NCBI GenBank assembly: GCA_051362555.1
Contig: CM120641.1
Coordinates: 11,036,001-11,100,000 of the forward strand
Source: Lingula anatina
Lineage: Eukaryota; Animalia; Brachiopoda
DNA: 64,000 bases
Direction of reading: 5' to 3'
The position numbers and the translations under genes were made by a program. Position 1 is the first letter of the stretch, and each line of letters starts with the position of its first letter. Shown piece after piece: positions 53,209 to 64,000 of this stretch. The notes under the pieces were generated by a model, which saw nothing but the letters and a program-made list of their open reading frames with translations, did not search any database and was not told the DNA's origin.

Positions 53209-56200
53209 TCATGCGTTGGACTCAGGTCTTAGTCTCATGTTCTGCAATATAAATTAAAAAAAAAAAGAGAGTTATTTCATGATACCTCATTAAAAGCCAG
53301 TGGTCCTTTGCAGCAACAAAGGTATATAAAATAATTATGTTACACATCTTTGACCAATTCTCTGTCAACATTTTACTCGTCACGCCTTCTATAACGTCGG
53401 GTTTCGACTGTAATCAAAATATCTCGATACATGTAGGCCTACTCCCAAAATGAAAAGTTTGCAGCAATATTGCAGCAAATATGCTGCAAATTCACAGCTG
53501 TGCAAATATCAAAATTACCTGAAAATGCGGTGCTGGTTCAGCGTCAACTTTAGGCCTTGGAATCCGAAACTAAAATGAAAGAAAAAAATTGTTGGTTTTA
53601 CAAGAAGTTAAGTACGATACTTTCATTGTAATATACTGTATAAGATGAACTTTGACAACATTATTCCACGTTAACTTATGGTTATTCTTACTCATTCTTT
53701 GAATTACAAGTAACTTGAAAATCAAATTTCATACCTCGCCTGCAACAGCATTCTCCATTTCAGGAAAGTTCCACAAAGAAAGAGAATCCACTTCTGTGGG
53801 CGGACCTTAAAATTTAAAGAAGACAATAACACTGCTTTAGGAATGACAAATGGCGTTAACTTTCTTTCACAAAACATATTGACAGCAATCATTGTGACCC
53901 TTAACAAAGTTCATGTTTTAAACACAATATTATTTTTCAGTCGAGTCATTTCAAATATTTTTGACATTATTAAAAAATCTACTTACCAGATTCACTGAGA
54001 TCGTCATAGTTGAAATTCACCAGTCCCTCTATACCAGAGAAAGCTTTCGAACGGTGGAGATTGCTTTCTTCACTCTCCCACTGGCTGTCCAAAGACTGCC
54101 GTGAAGTTGACGGCGCTCCAACGATCATTTGGCGCCACTGCCAAGTGTAACGAGGGTTCAGAGCAGCGCTCACCTTGCCGAAGGCTGGGCGCACAGCCTG
54201 GCTAAGACTGTTTGATAGAATAAGAAACAGTTTTAGAATGAATTAATTTCAGCAATTTTCCACAAGAGCACGCATCACACCACGTATACTATCTGTTTTA
54301 AAGTTTTCTTTCAGTTGCATGTGTAAACATAAAATTTGAAGAAACAATATTATTTTTTTATTTTCATTTGAAGTGATATGTTGCAATCAGTGTCATTCAC
54401 TTTCACAAGTTAGATCATATCACACACCATACGGAGTTTGAAAACTTACCTGTCGTCGCTGTCAACTAGGGTTTCGGCGTAACTTGTTTGGCGCCATCTA
54501 CATCTGTACAAGCAGATTGCTATTAGCAGGACCAGAATGACCAAGAAAAGAGAGCCAAGAACAATAGTCACATACATCCACGGCTCAAACACAAACTCAT
54601 CGGTGGGTATGAATTCGGTTGTTTCTGGAGAAAATGTTGTTGTTATGTCAACCCCCGTCACTTCAAGAGTGGCTGAAGTTTGGAACTCCAGTGGAGTTGT
54701 TGGTAGACTCCAATTTGATACATCTTCTGTTGTTGCAGTGGTGGGCACTCCGGGCACTGTCGTCTGTTCTTCTGTTGTTGGTATAACCAGAGTGTCATAG
54801 CAATCAATTCCAGTTAAACCAGGTTTACAGACGCAGCCTGTTATTCTGCTACAGCTTGTCGCGCGTCCCTGGCAGTCACAGGTCATGTTACAGTTCACAC
54901 CCCAGTTAAGTCCGTCACATTCTGTGGAGAGGAAATATATAAAAAGGTACATTAATGCATTATTATTTATTTTCTCAACATAAGACACATAGTGGCATTT
55001 GTGCATATAAAGGGGCCTATATACATTCTCAATTGCAGAATACAATGTTGCAAGTTACTGGGTAGCAATCAATATGTCGTTGCTACGGAAGTTTTAAAAT
55101 ATATTTATATTCAGCACTATAAAATTTAAGACTGGGAGGCGCTTTTTTGCAAAACGAAATTACTTATTATAATTTTACTTTGAAAAAGGAATAGGATTTA
55201 TGAATACTGTGTCATATGCAGTGCACTCAGTGATGTTTAGAAAACAATTGTTACCTTGACAACTAAGTTTATCTTCCGCTAACTTGAAACCTACATCACA
55301 GCTACAGGCGAATCCGCCTGCGTAGTTATCACAGTTTTGTGGTTGTTGGCACAAATTTGTTTCTGAACTTGAGCATTCGTCAATATCTGAAAAAGGGAGA
55401 GGTTAAAGTTGTACTTGTCACTTATATGAATCCTACAGTGCGTTCCATTAAAAAAAAGAACCCCAGAATGATAGGGTAGACAAGAATCCGATAAAAAGGA
55501 TTGGCATTGTTTATAGTCCTAGGATATCATACCCAATGGCAGAATTTCAATTTACACGTGATTTCAGCACCATATACTTTCGCGCTGTCAACACTGGGAA
55601 TAATTCGAAGAGTAAACTTCTGTTCGGCAGCCATATACTAATAATATGCATCGTCTCTTCTCAACCAAAGTTATATCGTGTGTCAGTGGGGACTATTCTT
55701 ACTACGCCATAAACGTATGATAACTTGTAACAATGAAAAAAGTGATTAAAATAGTTAATTTATTGCTAAACATACCAGTGCACGTTTTGTTATCTGGCAT
55801 CAGTTGATACCCGTTGTTACAGAAGCACGTGGCCACTCCCGTCTCATTTGTGCATCCTTGGGTACAGTTGGCTTGATCACAAATTTCGGGGATCAGCACT
55901 GAAAGTATACATGTTCAAGTTGTTCATAAGTGAGGGAATTAATAAATACGTTGTATATCTATTGCTTAATGTAAATTTGGTGAAAAATGAGACCAAGCCT
56001 GGCTTTGAAAATTGTTATTATTGGACATTATAGACATTTTAAAATACTGATCTGGTGTTCACTATAAGCTTAAAGGAATATCAAGGGAAGTAGATTAAAT
56101 TCTTACAAACGATTAGAACACATAAAACAGTGCCAAAATCTAATGCGAATATACTATCAGAGGGAGGAAATAAGAGTTTTTTTCAAAATATCAACACTGT

Positions 56201-59200
56201 TAAGAATGTTACATCGTACCTTGTTCGCACGTACGATTATCCGCAGTGCTGAGAATGTAGCCATCTCGACATCCACAGAGATATCCATTGGCTGTGTTGA
56301 TACACAGTTGGTCGCAATCGTTTTGTCCGGTAGAGGCACACTCGTCGATTTCTGAAGAATGAATAAGAACAGCAAAATGAAGTTTTCACAAGTGCTGCTA
56401 GTATATATTTTTATCATTACATATGAAGCAGAATGTGTTATTTGATTAAAAGTGCATTCTCGAGTCCAATCAGTACATGTAGCTGGTTGGCGTTCATTCC
56501 TGAAGCCAGCAATTTCAAAGGAGGATTTTTTTTACTGACACAGCTTTTATTGGATTCAGAGTAGACTTTTTCCTGGCCAAAAGGGCGGTTCTTTTGAAAA
56601 CCCAAGCTTGCCTACAGGCCTGACACTCACATTCTGAGGATTAATTTTTTTCACTTTTTTCAAAGTGGAAGGGCAAAGTCAAGGCTAATCATCAAAAGAA
56701 TGAACAGTAAAAGTAAATAAGGGTCTGAACTGAAATGACAGCATACACATTAACTACTACAGTACCTTGACAGTGAGTGCTGTTCACTTTGGTATATCCG
56801 CTCTTGCAAGTACAGATGTAACTGCCCTCCGTGTTGACACACTTAGCAGTCTGTACATCGCACGTATCCAATGTGGAATTGAAGCATTCGTTTGTATCTA
56901 GAAGAAAAATAGCGTCGTACAGTTGGGATCTTCCCATGTGATGTTGTTATATCAGTATAAACATTTTCCAAGGCGGTGTCTTTGGAGGTCTTGAAACATA
57001 ACGGATAAGATACTCGAATGTTACCATAACTTACCACATATCTTTTATAATCCATTATGTACTGAATCTCTTAAGGCGTCATTATTTCGAAAAATGGAAT
57101 GAATCGTTTCATACCTGTGCAAAATCGTGTGACGGGGTGCCTAAAAAACCCGACCGGGCACTCGTCACACGCATAAGGCACGCCTAGAACTGCTTCCTGC
57201 TCCGGGGTGTAGTCTGTGCACGTGGTATTAAAAATATCGCATGGGTTGTTCCGGCAGCCGTTGCTCTGAGAATCGCAAGACGACCCTAAAGGATTTTGAT
57301 TTAAATTAAATAGTGTATACATTTTGTCCTTTTGATATCTGATAAGTATTAAAACATCATCTTTACCAAGTCCATATAACGAATTCAGAGAGTAAGAAAA
57401 ACGTATATTTCAGGTTTACTTGTGATAGTTTGAGAATATTGTACTGATGAGGTATACAGTGTGGAAATTTGGATCGGAAGGACATACATTCCTGAATAAA
57501 TTATGCTGTTATTGTAGCACTAAGTCATCGAATCTTTAAGGTGAGACGTAATTGTGTGAACATAGACGAACCTTCCCAACCAGTTGAGCATTCACAGCTA
57601 GCCAGCGTTGACATCGAATATGATGCCTGAGGCACGGCAAAATTGCACACCCCATTGCCAGAGCAGTTGTTGCAAATGTTCACAATAATCTTATGTTCAG
57701 CCGACACGGCGCCACGGTCATCAACGGCGGAAAATCTGAAATGGAAATTATAAAAAAAAATCAATTAAAAATTTAACAATAATAAGGTAATCGATTTGTG
57801 ATAAACAAAAGGTATAACAACCAATTGCTAATCTAAGCACCTAATATAAATTTCAATATGCAAGATTCAAAATGCACAACTGTTTCAAAACTTTTGAACT
57901 ACTACGTTATGTACAGCAAATACTGCCTGATTGCACATGCAACTAACATCGTACTTTTCAACAAAGAGGAAGCTGCTGTTAACCAAGATTTCAATTATAC
58001 AAAGACATTTGCGAACATTCTAGTATATGGTTATGATATATTAAACAACGGATAGAGAGCTGGTAACTGTTAATCATCTCTCCCCCCCCCCCCCGCAATG
58101 TTTCCCCGATACCTACGTGAGACTGACGTTCCACGTAGTCGAAGGAGTCCACTGGAACTCTCCTGGGTTCACTTGGGTCAGGTTTATGGCGCTGATATTA
58201 CTCCATCTTAGAGAAAACCCGTCTCCGTCGATGTCTATGGCCGTGACGTTAAAGGTCACAATGGTACCGACGGTTACATTCAACACCGACGGAGTTTGTG
58301 TGGCAAGTATTCGGGGTGGGGTATTTTCTGGAGGTGATAAGAGAACAATGTTTCAGAAGTAAACTATGTGACTTACAAATAAAAACCGAATACTGATTAA
58401 ACTAGCTTTAATATTGCTATGGATTTATTGAACAAGGTTGTGAGAAGAATACGAGATTAAGATAAAAAGATATTAAAATAGATTCGATAGACTTTTTATG
58501 TCTAACATACAGATTTTTTTATATTACACACAAGTGCTACAAACTGCAGCTTACATAAAAAGTTACTAAGTGAAAATTGTGTTACCTAGTATTACGACTT
58601 TTTCCACTTGAATAGCTTTATAGGTTTTTGTTTCGTTTGCAATATTAATGCTCCTTGTTACTGCATAGTCATATAAACATTCGCTGCTGTTGCCGCAAAT
58701 GACTGCTGCCCTCTGTTCTTCTTCCATGCTGGTGAAACTGATTTCGAAAATGGGGACAAACTCCGGATGAGCGTAGTCCTGTGCGCTCTTGTTCGGCGCG
58801 TACCAAAAAATGGAGTCCGAAGGAGAAATTTGCACTAAAATGAAATAAATATTTGTTACCAAGGGATCTAAAAGTAAAAAACGTGAGAAAGTCATAAGTA
58901 GCTCGATGCATGTCTGTTGCACTGGTTGCACAACATAAACGTTAACCATCAATTCTACACTCAAAAAGCAAAGAAGGCAGCAAATCTTAACCTTTACATT
59001 ATCACTCACTTTTTTGACCAAATTCATAGAAAATCTCCCGTTGAGAGGCGCTGGTATTGAGAACCGTAGTTCCATTCAATAGAGTGAATTCATCAGAGAC
59101 ATTGCCATTGTATACGCCCAGTAGGCCGCGCGTCTTTCCACTGTAGGACCGGGGTGTGGACACGACAATTTGGAGGAGTTCGGTCCCCAACGAGATATTC

Positions 59201-62200
59201 ATTGCGAACCCTAGAAATAAAGGTGAAAATTTCTAGTCATTTTACAATGTGTCTTAAGCATATTTGTTTTCACATTGCTAGTCGCGACGTACAGGGTATT
59301 GCTGGGCGTTGGTATATGATTATTAGATTAATCTTCAGTACACCGAGACAGACAACTCATCATAATCTTGGACATAATAACGATTAATAATAATAATTCG
59401 TTATTATTTCCAAGTCATAATTAACACTGTTAAATTTCAAAAAGAAGAGTAACTGATATAATATAGGCTACTGCCACCACTATTAAGTAACAATGCACAC
59501 CTCTTGTATCAACAATCTCACGTTTAACCAAAAATTTCTCCCAATCAAATTGGATGTGCAGATTTATAAAAGGAAATGTTCAACTTACCCGTGGAGAAAG
59601 ACGCTGCCAGTAGATTGGTACATCTTTTTAACATGAGGTTGTTCCCGTACGTTTGGGTAAAATTCTCGTTGTTCCAGAAGGCATTGGTTTCGTCAGTATC
59701 ATCTACGTACACGTTAAAACCTGCAAAGGAAATAGAACAAACAGTATTGTATGTACAGCATAAAGAATTTTACATAATACAGCTACAAAGTATATCAATT
59801 TGATTGTGGGAAAGGTAACTAAATTGCACATGCAGGTAACTGAATAGCATTTTTATAGTTTTGTTACTATATGTAATGAAAATTCCTCGCGAGAGCACCA
59901 TTTCACGGCAATGTCTGTTCATATTAGTTCTGATGTAAGGTATTACATAAATACATTGGCGTAAGGACATACAGTAATTCATACGTGGGTTGCCAATATT
60001 TGATGCATTATTTACTTTTAATCAAAACAGTGCGCAACAGCGGAAAAAGAAGTTTTTTTAAAAAACAATTTCTCTTTGAAAAGAACGTTCTTACAAAAAC
60101 AAAAAATGTACATGTATAACACAGTTTTTAATTCAAACTTTTAAAAACGGCTATACAACCTCTAAAAAGCAATATTTATAAACATTGATCGAAGAAGCAG
60201 GTGCTAAGGCTAACTCCGAAACTACATTGTGATATCCTTTGAATATGATTCTTACTTGTTCTGTTAGCCGAGAGTTCCACGTGCAGGCGACTGGAGCCGC
60301 TTTCCTTTGCGGCAAACGCGCTGAACACTGTGGCGTTGATTCTGTTCCCGCTCTCATCGTAGGCCTCGGCGGTGCGACCTTGGAAGGTAAAGGAGCCGTC
60401 CGTGCTGTTTACTAGCCAATACTCGCCAAGTCCATTGAAGGTATAGCTAAAGTCGTCCAGTGTGGTCACATGTGGTTCACCCCAGGCAAACGCTATATAA
60501 TACAGCAAAAATGTTCTATAAGAATGGGATAATGAACATCAAGCATAAGTAAAAGAGAAAAAATAAGGCCCGCTCTTCCACGTTATCCACGGCGCGCTGG
60601 GCTAAAATTTGTTTTTAGTGTGTTTATTTTTACCCTCAAACACAAACTATAACATTTCGCCTTATTTCATTGGTAGGTGCAAATGTGAGCATGTGTGTAT
60701 GCGTATACGCGTGTCATCAAACAACAATAACAACAAAATTAAAACAATAAAAAGAAAAAGAAAACTAAGCACTTACACAACTGTGGAGCTTCATAGCGTG
60801 AGCAGTCGTCAGATGGTCTATAGGTATAGTACACCTTACATAAGGCCAGGTTGGTACAACAGATGTCGCGGTAGTAAGCGTCATTTTCTGTACAGTTGGA
60901 CGTCAGGGTGTTGCAGCGCTTTAAGTTGCTGCCAGTGGGGTAGCCCACCAACAAGCTACCGAAGTTGGAAAAGTCTAACTGGTCGTAGCGGCAAATCTAT
61001 AACATGACACATATATGTAATAGAAGGTTATATGATGAAAGATGCCCATCTAGTATGTTTCTGCATTTTGAGCGAGCCAAAAATCTGTAATGTTTAGATT
61101 TAGATTTGTTTCAGATTTAAAATAATCAGTGAGATCAGAAAGGACAGTAATTTGACATTGAATCTTCTTTAACTAAATTAACAAGTTGTCGGTCTTTTTG
61201 GACTTATGGAATCGCTGCAATTTTGTAATGGTGCATTCGGTGTAATGGAGGGAATAAGATTTTAAAACATGCATTTGAACAGTATTATTTCACAAAATAA
61301 CCAATCCCGCCCCAAGCATGCAAAGTAAAGATCGCTCTCACCTGCCCAGTTCCATACGCAGAAGCAAACACGGGGCTGGCCGTGAAGGCGACCCAGTCCA
61401 CTACATATCTGCCATCGGTTGACGCCTGAACGATGTTGCAGGGGCAGGGTTCCGTTGCTTCTTGCCACACCTGTAACTCGGTCAGGTTCTGACTACACGT
61501 CCACCGGGTACAGACGTCACGGATAGAAGAGTTGGTGGTGGTAGTGGTGGAACCACCGGAAAGCGAGTATATCCAACTTCCCTGCGTGCCTAATAAGTGA
61601 TTGAGAACAGAAATGTGGTGACTTCATATAGATTAAACACAAGTGAAAGGTACCGGTACCTGGTCACGAATGTAATTCACAGCAAGCATGATAATGAGCA
61701 AAAGGTTCACCTGGTAACCGAATATAGTTTCTTAATATTTTTATGACATTGAATAAATGACGCAAAAACACAGCAGACAGTCAAGAGATAAAAATATAAG
61801 AAATAAAGATTTACTTATTATAATTAAAGAAAAAAAATTAAATACATAACATGGATATGTGATTTAATACCGTACCGGGTAAGTGCATTAAGCGCTGGCT
61901 TATCAATTTTACATACAATTGGACATTCTAATAAGGCTCACCTCCGTTGCCTGCTATCTGATCTGCCCTAGTTGACTGAGAAGTTCTGGAGAAATAGGTG
62001 TTTTCATAAAACCCTGTCACCCCGTCGTTATAACCTATGGTAGCAAACATGTGCCCGTTTTCCGGGTCTGAGTACATGGCACCCTGTCCGTAGTTAAAAA
62101 TGGCGTAAGATTGGGTGCCGTTGGTGACCAGAACTAATTGATAGCTGTTATTCTGGAAATGAAAATACAATATGGCACTATGAAATATGAGATCACTGTA

Positions 62201-63658
62201 AAATGAGTTATGGCGCTTTTTGTGACCAAATGATTGAAGGCAAACCATGGATTTCCAGCATAAACTAACGTGTCCAATCTAAAAATACATGTATATCACA
62301 GCATGCCGGGTGTATATTTCTTACTGTCTTGCATGAGTAGATCTACGTTTTAATGTGATTAGATGCCTTGTCTTAAGAACTTTCAAGGTCGGTCAAAACT
62401 TTAAGATAAATATTAATGTACCAAGCTAAATTAGTTATATTCCATTTAAACAATTTAACTCATTAAAGAAAGACGATGTCTTATGTTATAGATCAAAAGT
62501 TACTTTATTTTAGTAATTTAGTACATATTTATTATAAACTCAAGTAGACGTCGGTAAATATTGAAGAGTTAATAGTGCAGCTGGGCCTGAAGTTAGTCAC
62601 CTGGTTCTGGTACCAAGTCGCTGGATAAGGGACCACCTGGTACCATGTAGAGACAAACACAAACGTTGAGGTGAAGTTTTCACTAATGAAGGCACCAATC
62701 TCATCGTCCGCTCGCTGGAACGTGCTGATTGCAGTGGTACCGGTGTCTTGTGCCCTGTAAATGACGTAAAACGTTCAGTCTTATAGAAAGTAATTATTGT
62801 TTTACAGTTTCTGCCAAACAATTAAATATTATAAATAAAATAAACAAATAAACGGACAAGAAATAAGAATATAAAAACATGCTCAGGAATGTTGGAATGT
62901 CTATATATATAGAACGCTCACACATACTTTCATAATCAAGAGTACAAAAACACGTAATGCGGATAGTTAAAAGTAATGAATGCAGGAATTAACAAATCAA
63001 AAATTTGAAAAAATATAATGAATAAATAAATAATTGAATAAATAATGAAAAAATAATAAAATCGTTTTTTATATAAATATAGTTCGTTAAATAAATATAA
63101 TTTGTGTGTCAAACTAATAAACATCACTATCCCAACTGTATCATGTAAACCAACCTGTAATAAGCGTGATAGTAAACACGTGAGGAGGAATTCTCTGAAG
63201 GGTCTTCTTGGTCCATGGAATATGGTGCAATTATGTCATCTCCAATAAGTGGAAATTGGAAAGGGACACGTCCAGTATAGGGATGGTTGAACGATACGTA
63301 ACCATCAGCAGAGACCTAAGGTTACAGTAAATTTAGAGGTTATTGTTGAAGGTATTTTGTACCGCTAAGTTTAAGACATCTTAATGGACAGTTTGTTTGG
63401 TGGATAATACGAGTGAACTTAAAATCTTTATTTCTCATAGCTTATGCAGTAGAATTCAAAGTAATCACAGTAAACTTATCACAAATTTTACGATAAAAAA
63501 AGCAGTGACGGTGTTAAGAGTATGACAACATAAATCGAAAATAAGAATCGTTTGACAAAGTGGGATTCCTTTGTCCCAGGATATACTCACATATATACTA
63601 TTAAGTAGACGCCCTTGAAATGGAAAAGGGGTATCGGAACCGATGCAGAGGCTGCCAC
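53209..63658 (-). CDS. Type-I membrane mucin-like protein (NIDO-AMOP-VWD-cadherin/Ig-like-EGF repeats-PTS stalk-TM; MUC4/SUSD2/Mesh-like), 5' end beyond the window
   Basis: About 22 phase-consistent exons: 63658-63591, 63315-63155, 62754-62601, NIDO (NSYQLVLVTNGTQSYAIFNY, about 62150-61940), AMOP (PCPC...RPSDDC, 61589-60776), VWD (FAWGEPHVTTLDDFSYTFNGLGEY; KTRGLLGVYNG), Ca-EGF repeats (DTNEC, EIDEC, DIDEC), Thr-rich stalk and TM (WMYVTIVLGSLFLVILVLLIAICLY), tail with NPRY and FRIPRPKV, stop at 53209. Confidence 0.9.
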
Positions 63659-64000
63659 CTGTATCAAATTAAATGATGATATTTTACAGAATAATTTCAT
63701 AAAACCAAGGAAGTTGACATCTGCTTCCTTGATAAACGAGGACAAATCTAGATTGAAAGCAACAGCTATGGACGATGAAGGGAGATGGGGTGGGGTTACT
63801 CAGTAAGAATGTTATGAGTATTTTTGTTTTTGACTGTTCTTTCTCGGCATGTAAAAATATAAAAAACTATATACCTTCAGAAAAAGAGTGAATGTTTCCT
63901 GCCCCTGTCAAACTTTGGATCTGATTTTAAAACTTTGTTTTGACGTTAACACGATGATAATTTGACATTTAGAGCCTGCTTTTTAAAGGGGTTTAGATAA

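Overview
AT-rich, intron-dense invertebrate animal genomic DNA (lophotrochozoan/mollusc-like by inference), not prokaryotic; most listed six-frame ORFs are spurious or partial exons. Ten spliced protein-coding genes were reconstructed by hand from splice phases: the 3' part of a MARK/Par-1 kinase (+), PAXX (-), a 113-aa orphan with an MGCxxS acylation motif (+) next to an inverted degenerate copy (-), LRRC73 (-), RAD51B (+), a small heat-shock protein (-), mitochondrial EF-Ts TSFM (+), guanylate kinase GUK1 (-), Beclin-1 (+), and the 3' part of a NIDO-AMOP-VWD-EGF transmembrane mucin-like protein (-). Most notable: a tandem pair of 100-nt mutually exclusive exons plus a candidate microexon and alternative splice sites in MARK; a splice-donor switch that puts a predicted mitochondrial leader in or out of frame with GUK1; the orphan gene and its pseudogene twin around a CRE-containing spacer; a GEPH variant of the GDPH cleavage site; two GC-AG introns; and several MITE/LINE remnants. 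All calls come from manual reading, with no database searches.
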